Shown here: one piece after another, positions 1 through 11,601 of the stretch | How the letters are laid out: each line of letters begins with the position of its first letter | How positions within the stretch are numbered: the stretch's first letter is position 1 | Notes under the pieces: generated by a model | Seen by the model: the letters and a program-made list of their open reading frames with translations, nothing else | Databases searched by the model: none | What the model was told of the DNA's origin: nothing | Assembly (NCBI RefSeq): GCF_964204645.1 | Contig: NC_134033.1 | Coordinates: 8,192,655 to 8,256,654 of the forward strand | Origin: Tubulanus polymorphus | Taxonomy: Eukaryota > Animalia > Nemertea | DNA: 64,000 bases | Direction: 5' to 3' | Position numbers and translations under genes: made by a program

Positions 1-207
1 CGCAAGTACTCTGAGAAGCTTATTAAGCCTCACAAAGGAATACCCTAGTTTCTGAATAAAGTCAAATGCCGCTTGTGTAAAAAAAAACCCCAATAAAAAT
101 TGAAAAAAAATCAAATGCGCTCGCCGCATCGGATAAGCATCAGTCGTCTTTAAAAAAAAAAAAGTAAAACCTGCTCGCTCGCATAGCTGTATAGTGTACG
201 ACAGTGG

Positions 208-1306
208 TTTTTTATACCCCCAGAAAGAAAGTGTAGGGGGTATACAGGAGTCGGGTCGTCCGTCCGCGGACACAATCTTGTCCGGAGATCTTCTAAACTA
301 CTGGATCTCTCTTCTTGTAACTTTACACGTATGTCTGTCTGGTAGTTGTGCATGTACGTTTTTTTTTGTAATTGGATCCAAGATGGCCGACTTGTGGCCA
401 TATTGGTTTTTTGGATGCTTAATCCATGAAAAAGATGATGTCAGATAAACTTCTTAATTGAAGCAGATTTGATAATGAAAATGTATTCACTTCGAATACA
501 TTCCCTGGGAAAATACACTATAGCCTTGTTATATTGCTTTTGGTTAGGCAAATAATGCCCGAATCAACTTTTGCTAGCGGCGCCGTAACAAACCGCCATC
601 TAGCATCATCTTTTTGCTTGGCGCTTGTTCTCCAGAGAATGTCATTCGCCAGTGCTCGTAAATCGTTTTAAATTTTCTACGAGATGTAGGCGCCAGCGTT
701 CTAATAAAAAACAACGTCGTTCATCGTCCCACCCCAGCTCTGGGTTAAGGTCTCGTCCTAGGTCACGATCTAGTTTATGAAACCTGTATTTTCTAAGGTA
801 GGTATTCCCCATAAGTACCAATTTTTTAACACAATTGGGATGTTGCAGATATGTAGTTGGTGCTATTCCATGTGGCCACTAGGGGGTGCTCAATAGATGA
901 AAAAGTGACAGCTGCAGATCACCTTGTAAACGAAACATATTTCATTATGTCTCCCTGGTAGGGATTGTGGTACATGAGATTTCCACCATCAAATATGGCC
1001 GCCATGGCAGCCATCTTGATTTTTTAAATTAGTACAATACAGCCTGTAATTCGTAATGGATTCCATGAAATTTAGTGACTGAGTTTGGGCGGGAAAGATG
1101 TGCACCCCTATCAAAAATTGAGGTCATCAAATATGGCCATTTTGAATTTATTGTTTAGCACAATACAGCCTGGAATATCTGATGGATATCCATGAAACTT
1201 GATGTGAAAGTTAAGACAGGTTTATCTGTGTTCGACTCTAATTCTTACAAAGTGGGGGAGAGTGTATTGCGGGGGATATTTAAGGCCGCAATGCGTAATT
1301 CTAGTT
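208..1306 (+). mobile_element. HINE-like (Helentron-associated) non-autonomous element, composite
   Basis: T-run then a tataccccc...gggggtata hairpin and gtcc repeats at the 5' end. Internal atggccgcc...gccatcttg repeats. Ends gggggata...ctagtt. Confidence 0.5.
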
Positions 1307-1565
1307 AATTCTTAGGGAATTAGTGATGAGAAACCAAATACTGAAAAATAGCAATTTCAATGACACTTATGAATCTATAATACTGAAAGAAGATTTTTGT
1401 TCAACAAAAAGCAATGTTCATGTTGGACCTGGGTTTAGGAGGTTATTTTGGGGATGTCAACAGATATACCTGTTTTTGCGATCTGAACACAAAACTTAAG
1501 CCTTTAGGTTGTGTATATGTACATACATTCAAGACGATAATGGAACGTGTATTTTTGCATCGCAG

Positions 1566-1686
1566 AATGTTTCTGTAACAGTAGAACCAATCAGGATCGA
1601 CACATCTTTGATGGCGATGAAAGATTTCACTAGTCAACAGTGTGAAGAAAATATACCTTCATCTGATGAAAAACTGGAAAATTTAG
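1566..1686 (+). CDS. Bromodomain-containing protein, internal exon upstream of the domain (NVSVTVEPIR...DEKLENL)
   Basis: cag| acceptor at 1563-1565 and |gtaata donor at 1687. Open frame, 121 nt, ends in phase 1, which matches the next exon. No domain motif in this exon. Confidence 0.6.
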
Positions 1687-2276
1687 GTAATAAATGAGAA
1701 AACTAACTGGAAAATTGTTCACATCTTGAAAAATAACATGTATATTTCTTAGTATGGTCGACAATAAATGATACCATATAAATCATATAATATTAAGGGT
1801 CAATAAAGTTATTTTGTATTTGAATAGCAACAATTGAACTGAATTAACCGGTTACCAGTCTAGCCTCGATATTTTGATGACGTAGTGCACATCCTGTCAA
1901 AAATAACTATCAAAATTTATCAAAAATAAAATTAGAGTTTCGAAATATTTTTGATTACAAAATAAACGTCAAAATTCACAATTATAATTCAGAGCTTCCA
2001 ACTGTCCTTGATTGGCGTGGACTGTCCCTGAAAATGCCTCGCTGTCTCTAATGGTGGTTTTTTGATGCTATAGAAAATCTATTGCTATCTTTGAAACAAT
2101 TTTTAACTGGCCCTCTTACGATGTTTCTAATCCTTAATTTTTACTTAGGTAACGCATGCTTGGTATCGATGAATATAAACATTATTTTAACGGTTTTTAC
2201 AGCATCAAAAAACAACATATGTGACATACGGATATGATAGGATGTGATTTTTATTTGATCTGTGCCTGTTAAACTA

Positions 2277-2390
2277 CTGGGTCCAGTTCCACAGTTCTGA
2301 GTTAAGATTTGACCCTCGGTTAAAACATTGAAAATGAACTAACTTTAACTCAAAGTTAACTCTAACTAACAACTGTGGAACTGGGTCCTG
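2277..2390. mobile_element. Small MITE (related pieces near 9490-9740, 19840, 23120, 33950-34240 and 55240)
   Basis: Inverted ends ccagttccacagtt / aactgtggaactgg, repeated elsewhere in the window. Confidence 0.6.
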
Positions 2391-2431
2391 TTTGCTATAA
2401 TTGATGATCCTGTTCTTATGTTTCGAAGCAG

Positions 2432-2501
2432 CTGGAGAAAAATCTGAAATTAAACCTTCATCAATAACTGATCTACCATCTTGGACCAACTCTGCCATTG
2501 A
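2432..2501 (+). CDS. Bromodomain-containing protein, exon (A)GEKSEIKPSSITDLPSWTNSAI(E)
   Basis: aagcag| acceptor and |gtaagt donor. Phase 1 to phase 2, joining both neighbouring exons in frame. Confidence 0.75.
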
Positions 2502-2811
2502 GTAAGTTTTAACATTGGTCTCCATTTATTCCTTACATCATAACACCCTTAAACTAACTAACAATGCTTAGTCTGGGTTAAGTATGGGAAAAAACAAGAA
2601 ATCAGAAAATGATTTTGTTTTTGTTTAAATTATTTGGAACTTATGAGGTAGGCAAGGTAGTACTATTACATCATTTGAAGGTACATGTACTTCAAATTTA
2701 AGGTAAAATGCTTCCAATTACTAACAGCATGGCATGCCAATAAAGACCTACTTAAGACGTACTTATTTTTCAATCAGCATTTTCCAGGACAGTTTTGATA
2801 TTTTTTCACAG

Positions 2812-2894
2812 ATTGTTGCAAAGGGTTTCGCGATTCCGAGGTTTAAATCGTGAGAGAGGTGATATTAATGCTGCCGCCTGGTTCTTACAGCCTG
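2812..2894 (+). CDS. Bromodomain exon: alphaZ helix and start of ZA loop, (E)LLQRVSRFRGLNRERGDINAAAWFLQP(V)
   Basis: ttttttcacag| acceptor and |gtatgt donor. Splicing to the next exon gives AWFLQPVD, the canonical bromodomain xxFxxPVD motif. Confidence 0.9.
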
Positions 2895-3199
2895 GTATGT
2901 TTTACGTTGATTTTTACCCCTTCTAAGCCTTCTTGAATTGCTTGATAGCATGATCGTGCTAATAAGTAATTCAAAATGCATACTGTTTGCATATACCGAG
3001 GAGACAAGATTTGGCCAATTTAGAACAGATTAAGTAGCGATAGTGTGAATGCGGTTCTTGTTGTTTATTGGTCGTACTGATGCCTTAATGCAAGTGTTAC
3101 ATTTATTTTATTATGAAATAAAATCAGTAATAGTTTCGAAAAATATATGGTGGGCAGATCGTCTGAATATCATGAAAAATTGTGATATGAATATTTCAG

Positions 3200-3279
3200 T
3201 GGATGTAAGAGAGGTACCTGACTATTACACTATCATTAACAACCCGATGGATTTTGGAACGATCAAGAAGAAATTGGAG
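3200..3279 (+). CDS. Bromodomain exon: ZA loop and alphaA, VDVREVPDYYTIINNPMDFGTIKKKLE
   Basis: tttcag| acceptor and |gtaaga donor. Contains the PDYYxIIxxPMDxxTIxxKL signature. Confidence 0.95.
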
Positions 3280-3506
3280 GTAAGATGAAAGTACTCTTAT
3301 CTGCGTTTGAGCCAGAAATGTCCAACATGTCCATAAGTCCATCTACGGTATGGCATGTAGAAGGAAGTTGAATAAAACATATACGGTAATCTATACCACA
3401 AAGTAACGTAGTCCACAGTCTGGTAATGATATCCTAATCGGGTGGTCATCATGACATGTGGAAATCCAATGTATTGAATTAAAGCACATTATCTATGTTT
3501 AAACTT

Positions 3507-5245
3507 ATTTTTATGCCCCCTGTCTCAACAAAGTTGAGAGGGGCATATAGATTTTCCCGCGTCTGAATACGCCACCGCCGTCACATATGACGTTAACAGC
3601 CCAGAGGCCACAATTGTTGACCGATTCATTTCAAACTTGGTACACAAGATGGATATCACTTGGGTCAGAACCCTGTTTAAACTTGGGTCGATTCGATTCA
3701 AATCATGGCCACCAGGGGGCCGACATGAAAAACGACGTTAATAGCCTAGAGGCCGCAATTGTTGACTGATTCAAATTATAGCCATCAGGGGAAAACAGCC
3801 TAGAGGCTGCAACTGTTGATCAATTTTTAGCCCACTTGGGACTCTAGTCCCAGCGGGCTATTGCATTCACTCTTTGTCCATCGTCTGTCCGTCCGTTGTA
3901 GCGTCCGTCCGTCCATCCGTCTGTAGACGGAATCCAGTTATTTTGGGAAGTTTTGAAGACGCTTCAATGTAATGTCTTGATATTTGGGTTACACATCTAT
4001 CTACCCTAGACACATCTTCAGCCCAAAAACTGGCCCTGTCAGAATCAAGATGGCCAACTGGCAGCCATTGTTGTTTGCCAAAATCAACACTTTTTACACA
4101 TTTTTGAACTTTTTGAAGGAAATTTTGAAGACCCTTTGATCAATTACCTTGATCTTTCGGATGTATGAGAATCCTCCCAGGGCCCATCAGCATAACAAAA
4201 ATTGGGTCGATCGGACTCAAGATGACCGTCCTATGACCTTTTTTATGCCCAAAAATGTCAATTTTGGCCCGAATTCACAGTCCTGTAGCTCCCTACTGGT
4301 TTGCCATTTCTCATTGCAATTTTTGATGGGTATTCTTTGAAAAGGGATGTTTTATACCTGAGACAGGTATTTTTGATCAGCCAATTATGAGGCAATTGGC
4401 GGCCATCTTGGTGTCATCAGTACTCATTCGTAGGTGGGAAAAAGTTTTTCCACATTATATTGATACCTAAGCGTATTTTGTTACCACAATCAATTAGAAA
4501 CTTGTAGCTCATAACGTGTTCTATGATTGTGGTGAGTTTCAAGGTCATTGGTTTTTGTATATAGCCACTAGGGGGCGTTGAATAATACAATATCTTAGTA
4601 TTTCTATAATATATTCGTATCAATGCATATTTTGTAACCACAATCAATCGCAAAGTTGTAGCTCATGACGTCATCTATGATTGTGGCAAGTTTTAAGGCC
4701 ATTAGTTATTCCATATGGTCACCAGGGGGCGTTGAATAGTAGAATAACTTAGTATTTCCTTATTACATTGGTACCTAGGCATATTTTGTTACCATGATCA
4801 ATTACAAAGATATAGTTTGTGACAGGTTTATGATTGTGATGAGTTCCAAGGTCATTTGGTTTTGAATATTGTCACCAGGGGGCGTTGAATAGTAGAATAA
4901 CTTAAAGTATTTCCATATTAAATTGGTAACGAAGCATATTTTGTTATCACAATCAATTACAAAATCGTAGCTGCTGACATGTTCTATGATTGTGGCGAGT
5001 TTCAAGGTCATTGGTTTTTGTTTATGGTCACCAGGGGGCGTTGAATATTGAAATTGTTAGATTGTTGAGCATTTGGAACCACTTCCCAAGTGGGCATGGT
5101 GTCCCTGGACCCATAGTTTACAGTTTGTACACATGTTCTCTAATATCATTCTTATAGAAATAATTGTGGGCTCGATATTTCTGACACATTTACCACAAAC
5201 CCTGTTTGTTTCAGGCTGGGGGCTTTCGAGGCTTTGCCTCATTTT
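3507..5245 (+). mobile_element. HINE-like element (second family) interrupted by a family-A copy
   Basis: 5' T-run and tatgcccc...ggggcata hairpin. 3' gggggc followed by a gaggctttgcctc stem-loop and T-run. Family-A copy inserted at 3824-5119. Confidence 0.55.
3824..5119 (+). mobile_element. HINE-like family A, full copy with four internal units of about 154 bp
   Basis: TTTTTAGCCCACTTGGGAC..GTCCCAGCGGGCTA 5' hairpin, (GTCC)n tract, tandem units, 3' subterminal inverted repeat CCCAAGTGGGC and TAGTTT end. No TSD; T-rich flanks. Confidence 0.85.
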
Positions 5246-5739
5246 AAGCAGGGAAACAAATACAGTATCTGGATGTAAATACAATGCATTTTGCTAAGTA
5301 CATTACTTCACGGGATGTTTAATATAAATTAGGGAAAAGAATACATTATGTTTTGACAAATTACCAAATTACATTACTTCACAATATATTGAGTGAATCT
5401 CAAGGAAACAAATACATTTATCTGAATTCAATACAATGCCTTATTGCCAAATACATTACTTCAGAGTATATTTAGAGTATTGTAGTGATTCAAATACATT
5501 TTCTTAGCGTAAATACAAATTGGCATTAATTCAGAGTATATACAGCGTATATTAGGGAAACAAATTCATTACCTTAGTGTAGATACAATGAATATTTATA
5601 GTGTATTCTGGAGAAGGAAAATACATTATTTAGGTGTATAAACAATATAGTTTTGCTAATGACCAGACAAGAAAATACATTAAGTTATGTGTTTAAACGA
5701 TGCATCGTATGAAAGAAATATATTTTTGGCAAACAAATA

Positions 5740-6260
5740 CAATTCAATACAATTTATTTAGATTCCCCATTAGGTTATAAAATATGACATGATGGAATAT
5801 AATACATTGTATAAAGGGCGATGAGTGAGAGCAAATGTCATTTGAATAGACCCTACCACAAATATGGGTTAATGCTTTCAACCAACGTCGATGCTTAGAT
5901 GGGTACTTAGATTTTTAGATATATTTACAATACATTTAGTATCATTCATTGAATTGATTAATATATTTGGACATTGCCAATAGTGCTTTGGAATGAATTT
6001 TTTCTTAGATTCAGTATACAGCTGGCATTCAATTGATAAATTATATTTATATAGGCTATACAAGGCAAAAAATACCATGTATTTCAGTCAGTGTCCCAAT
6101 CCCAAAGTTGCAATGTGAAATTCTCATAGCGCATTCCTGGATCGAGGCTTAACTCATATTTCCTATCGTAGGTCCCTTGGAGCTTCTGAATTCATATGTA
6201 CACCATTGACATAAAGTTTGTTTTCCGATTTACGTATCAACATCCATTCTGAAAGAGTTG
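5740..6260 (-). mobile_element. Degenerate 3' end of a non-LTR retrotransposon (LINE)
   Basis: Residual translation RISHCNFGIGT..ECQLY..KKFIPKHYWQCP resembles LINE ORF2 C-termini. AATAAA and a short-repeat tail near 5740-5760 on the - strand. Confidence 0.5.
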
Positions 6261-7752
6261 GCTCAATCACATAGAATGAAATGAACATAGAATTCTTCTA
6301 GAATGGTGTCAACCTCAACCCAAAAGACCTTGGATTAGATTGATTTGATAAAACAAAGAACGAAAGCTCGTAGCCTTTAATCGTCGATGAATCAGATGGC
6401 TCGGCACCAAATTTCAGTAGTACAGGCTGTTGGCTCATTATTGTTTGGGTCCCATTGATACCCACGACGGTTTGATATTCCTTTTATTTTGATATAATTG
6501 ACGTTTTCTGTTATCATGTTCGCTCCCTCGCCGTACATAATTCTCTGTTCAGTGTTGACATTCTTGAAATCAAATAGTATCGATATCGTCGCAACTTTCT
6601 CTAATCAGCGTTGAATTATGAAAAAAAAATTTGATTCAATTCTAGTTTTAAATGTTTTCCATTCCTACTCGGGAAGTTGACCCGTTGTCGTTCTCTTAGA
6701 AAGTTTCTTTCTAGTACCCATATATCATCTTTATTTTTACCTTCATGACGTAGTCATGGAGTCATGAAGGTTATAAGATGGTAGTGAGGCGATGAAGTCA
6801 TTTTCGTGTTACCACTTATAACTTGTTGGTGGGAGTTCAGATGAAGATTTGTCAAATGAATAAATACTTTAATCTTATTAATGCAAAGTGTGAAATTTCG
6901 CTATTTTTAGATATTTCCCTAAATTATTAGAAAATGCCGATAGTAAGAGCGTGGGAAAGTTTTTATCTTTGAATGGGCGAATCACGGCGGCAGAGTGCAC
7001 CTGTGATAAGGCAGAAATAGTTCCATATGAAGGCAAAGCTTTTAAATGATTAGACAGTCGAAGGTGGTTTATCAACTTATTTCAACTATAGTGCTGCTAT
7101 TTTCCCAATCAAATTGCTAGATTTCGATCGTTTCTCATCATAAGTCAACACTTGTAAATCAAGTGTGATTTTGTTGTGCGTAGAGATACATTATGACCAG
7201 CGTAATGAATGGCGGCACCATGTTTAAGCTGCGCGTCGATCGTTGAATAGTGGAATTATAGGGTGGGATTATCTTGATTGTATCCATATGAAGTTTATTA
7301 AAGGTTAGTGTCAACAAATGGTCGATTACAGTCCCTCTAATTCGTGTGGAGAGACGCTCTTAACGGGGAAAACCGTTGTCTGTGTCGTGTTATCGTTGGC
7401 CGACGTGACTGACCTTGCTTGAGCGTTCGCTGCCGGCGCACTATTATATAACTGTTATTATATAACTGATTGTTAATGACATACAACAAATAAACCTTTA
7501 AAGAAATGTACCTAGTGTCTGACATTCTACTGAAAAATTCCGGATTGATTCACCGCTGAGTTTTTTCATAGTGAGCATTCTAGTATATGAATGAATTAAG
7601 ATGATCGACAGATGCGGTGCGGTCGTATCAGCTGTTGTAGACGTTCGATGTAAACAATAATTCTAACCACGTGCGCGATGAAAACAGGGACGTCAAACTA
7701 AGAAGCACTGAATTTTTGAATCACACGTGATTTGAATAGGCATCTGTGCTGG

Positions 7753-8169
7753 TTTTTCAAAATGCTGTGGCTACTCGTACGGACCCGTACGGATTACTTT
7801 GGAGGCAATTCGTACGGAACTAGGATCTGTACGCTAATAAATGTTGCTGATTGGCTGATTAACGCCACACATGCGCACAGGGGTGCGCGACTTACAAAAT
7901 TCAAGGAAAGTGTGGAGAATAGAGTTAGAGAAAAATAGAGCGGATAGAGCGAGACTCGAACCCGGGCCAGTAAATTACTAGCGCAGCATCATACCACTAG
8001 ACCACCGAGCTCGCTGACAGTCGGCTGAATGTTTTAACTACATATAGCCTCACCTTACCCTAACCCTATCCCTTCCCTTACGAACCAGAGTAATCCGTAC
8101 GGGTGCGTACGAATAGCCTACGGAATTATTCGTACGGGTCTATACGACTAGCCACTTCATTTTCAAAAA
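7753..8169. mobile_element. TIR element (MITE) carrying an internal tRNA-derived segment (7942-8012, - strand)
   Basis: Imperfect TIRs aaaatgctgtggctactcgtacggacccgtacg / cgtacgggtctatacgactagccacttcatttt. Internal A-box TGGTCTAGTGG and B-box GGTTCGAGTC. Confidence 0.65.
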
Positions 8170-9845
8170 GTCGAATCTTAATTGACTCTATTGCATAGGC
8201 CTAAGCCAGGATCTCTGGAATTGAATTGAATTCGACACAGTAATTCGCCTGTATTTAGCGATGAATCTTCTTGAAAATTAGCTTGAAGATTGGGTCTGGC
8301 GAGATGTCCACCCCCTATTGTGAAAAAAGGTCATTGGTGATCAAATATGGCTCTATTTGGGTGGCCATCTTGAATTTCTTGTTTGCACAATGCAGCCCGC
8401 AATTCTTGATGGATGTCCGCAATATTTGGTTTGAGGATCAGGGTAGGTAAGCTGTCCATGCCTATTGTATATGGAGGTCATCGGCTTTTAAAAATGGCCG
8501 CCAGGTCAGCCTTCTTGAATTTCTAGCACGAAATGGCCTGCAATTATTTATGCATTTTCATGATACTAGATATAAGAATTTTGGTAGGTGAGATGTCTAC
8601 CCCTTATTGAAAATTGAGTTCAAGTATGGCCGCCAGGGTTGCTATCCATCTTGGATTTTTTCAGCACGATGCTTACACCAATTCTTAATGCATTTTTTCA
8701 TGTAGTGTGATCTTTGGGGCAGCTAAAATAGGCTTGTCTTTTCATGTAAGGATATATTAACAGAAAATGAACATATCGCCACATAGCCTATACCATCTTA
8801 ACTATTTTAAAACTTGTTACATCGTTACAATGTAAATCTTTCTGTAACTTTGGATACTGGATCATTCTTCTTTTATTACGTCATAAAGGTATAAAGCCCG
8901 TGGGCCTCTTGTTTTAAATATCTCTCAAAGATTATTTTTTCAGTCCAAACTTTCCTGTTATAATTGTACGTTTCATGTTTGGATTTTTCTCACAGAACTC
9001 ATTTATTTCCAGCTCTGAATGAACACAAAGTTAATTTTCTTTTCCTCGGGTATTGTAACTGCCATGCTTCCCCAGCAGGGACTCGAATGCAATGGCATCG
9101 CTAGATTCAGCTAGGGCATGCTGCCATAGTTATATGTATGATCAGCATACAGTAACATGCACACAATAAACAACATCATCAGACAGTAAATACTGGTAAT
9201 AGTTTAATCTTTATCAGGATCAGATTATCGGGGGAAAGCTTGTTCTTAGTCCGAGTTGAGTACTGGGGAGAACGAAAATTCGCCGAAATTCTGTCCCGAG
9301 TTAGACAAAAGTCCTGAGTTTAAAGAGAGGTGTGTTATGAACAGAAAATTATAGGAATTTAGAAAATGAATTGCTTTTTGTTCGAGTTGGTCATGTCTGA
9401 GTAAGGCGAGGTTTACTGCACATACTGTAAAAGTTAAATCCGAGAAGAACTATTTTGAAACAGAGTGTCAATTACGTATACGCCGGTTTCCAACTTCCGA
9501 GTCTGGACAGACTCAAGAGTATCAACTTAAGTTCAATTTCAAGTTTATTTAATTCTTTAAAACATATGCTCCCTAACCTAACCTAAGAGATTTCCATATA
9601 AACCGTATTTTTTCAATGTAGAACTAAAAACCGCAAGGTTAACATGTGGGTTTTATTACACGGTCACTGGCCTGCGTGGTTTTATCTTGTACATTTTGAA
9701 CCTTAAAACTTGATTCTTGAGTCCAACTATGGAACTGGCTTCACTATTTCATTTGGATCTGAAAAAACTATTTGTGCAGGAAAATTTTTAAAAGTCCATA
9801 ATTCATGCTACAATAAAGAAAAGTATTATCCTTGCATCTTTGCAG

Positions 9846-10010
9846 ACTGGACAGTACAACGACCCGGATGGTTTCCATAGCGATATGATACTGGTGCGAG
9901 ATAATTGTCATTTGTACAATCCAGAAATTTCGAAAGTTCGGCAGGATTGTGAACAGGTTTTCCAATATTATTTCATCGAGTATAAACGCATGATCGACCA
10001 ACTGCCGCAG
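9846..10010 (+). CDS. Bromodomain exon: alphaB and alphaC, TGQYNDPDGFHSDMILVRDNCHLYNPEISKV...QLPQ
   Basis: tttgcag| acceptor and |gtaggt donor, phase 0/0. F..D..L...NC..YN motif including the acetyl-lysine-anchoring Asn. Confidence 0.93.
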
Positions 10011-10346
10011 GTAGGTCTTGTAAATGTATATTTTACCCAAAAAATTACAAATATAATAGGCAAATATAACTACAAAGCAGCGATTACGGTTTTTCTGTAA
10101 AAGTGGTAGTAGGCTAAGCTAATACAAATGCTTTACAACGGGCCGAAAGGGATGAACCCTCACAAAATCTTAATAAACAATTTCCGGGTTTAAAAACCTG
10201 GAATTTCAATAAATTGAGTCATAGATTTATTTGGGTAGATGTGCAGCACCCAAATACAACAATAGGTAGGAAGATTTACTCTATACCTGCGTCAATGGTG
10301 CCGACTTGTAAACCAAGTGAAATTTGTTTGAAATGCATCCAAATGA

Positions 10347-11415
10347 TACGGAAGCCCCTAGGTGACATACGAGATCATTTTTTTCACAATTTCGACTTAT
10401 TACAGTAAAACTCGCTTACCTCTGATCTCGTGGGACTATACAATTTTTTCTGAGGTAGGCGAATTCCGAGGCAGGAGCAGAAATAGAAATGGATATTTTT
10501 ATGAATAAGACATCATTTCCTCTATGTTTCAATGTATATATGTCTCGTTGCAATCAGCGTGTAAAGTCCGATGTTATAAGACATATTAAAACAAATGACC
10601 AATGAAAACGTCCCACTTTTTGTCCTTTCTTGACTTAAATAAGTATTCCTGGGGGAATTTCAGAGGGGTGAGGTAAAGTTTAATCCAGGTAAGTTCCTTA
10701 TAAACGTACCTGATCTGATATCCTGGCTATACATACTTTCTATTTTCTCCAATAGATGGCGCAATCTTCACGATTATCACTTGGGAACTCATTTTAGATT
10801 ACCGGTAACGCAGTTCAAAATCAATAAACTGTCAGGATAAATGTATTGCATAGATCATCATTAAAAAACGTCTCAAAGGGTAAAAAACACGGAAGGTTGT
10901 TAAAGTTTTCCGAGGTGAGCAAAGAAAATGACGTTTGTCCCACGGTAATCAGTCCAAGGTAAACAAATTTCCGAGGAGGGCATTTCCGAGCAAGACACAT
11001 ATTTTTCCTTGAAAAACGGTTACAAATGAAAAATTATTTTTCATTTTTCCGAGGCAAGCAAAATTCCGAGGTGAGCGAGTTCTACTGTATGTCGAAATTC
11101 GACTTGTTAGGTCGAATTACGACTTATTATGGTGAATTTCAACTAATTATCTCCAAATTCGACTTATTAAGTCCAAATTTGACTTATTAAGTTGAATTAC
11201 GACTAATTATCTCTTACGACATATCATGTCGGAATTCGACTTGATTAGTCTTCTTGATGAGTTTTCTTTTCATGTCGAATTTTGAGTCAATTATGTCGAA
11301 TTTCGTGTTATTTTCATATAGACTTTTCATCTTAAGTCGAATTTTGACATAACTCGAAATTTGACTTATTTAGTCGAAATTCGATTACCTCGTATGTCAC
11401 CAAGGGGCTTCCATA
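10347..11415. mobile_element. IS3EU-like non-autonomous DNA transposon
   Basis: 27-bp TIRs TACGGAAGCCCCTAGGTGACATACGAG / CTCGTATGTCACCAAGGGGCTTCCATA. Perfect 6-bp TSD AAATGA (10341-10346, 11416-11421). Internal repeats of about 20 bp (gtcgaaatt). TAYGG ends with a 6-bp TSD match IS3EU. Confidence 0.75.
10403..11087. mobile_element. Tc1/mariner (pogo/Tigger-like) MITE nested in the IS3EU-like element
   Basis: TA|CAGTAAAACTCGCTTACCTC ... GAGGTGAGCGAGTTCTACTG|TA, with a TA target-site duplication. Confidence 0.8.
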
Positions 11416-11553
11416 AAATGATGATAATTCCTGTTTTTCCAACTGTGATGTATGTAGCTTTCGGTAATTAGTTTGACTGAATAAATTCACTTCCGTTTTG
11501 AGTACAATATATGGCATTGTAGTTCATTGATAATCGGTCAGGAAACGTCACAT

Positions 11554-11565
11554 TGGCGACGAGGA
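11554..11565 (+). promoter_or_regulatory. Primer-binding site complementary to the 3' end of tRNA-Ser(GCU)
   Basis: TGGCGACGAGGA, 1 nt after the 5' LTR, is the reverse complement of the metazoan tRNA-Ser(GCU) end ...UCCUCGUCGCCA. Confidence 0.85.
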
Positions 11566-11601
11566 AAACTTAATATCGTTCTCCATCCGAGTGTAGAAGG
11601 A

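Noticed and set aside
7942-8012. Functional tRNA gene
   Set aside because: The acceptor and anticodon stems do not pair. Treated as tRNA-derived sequence only.
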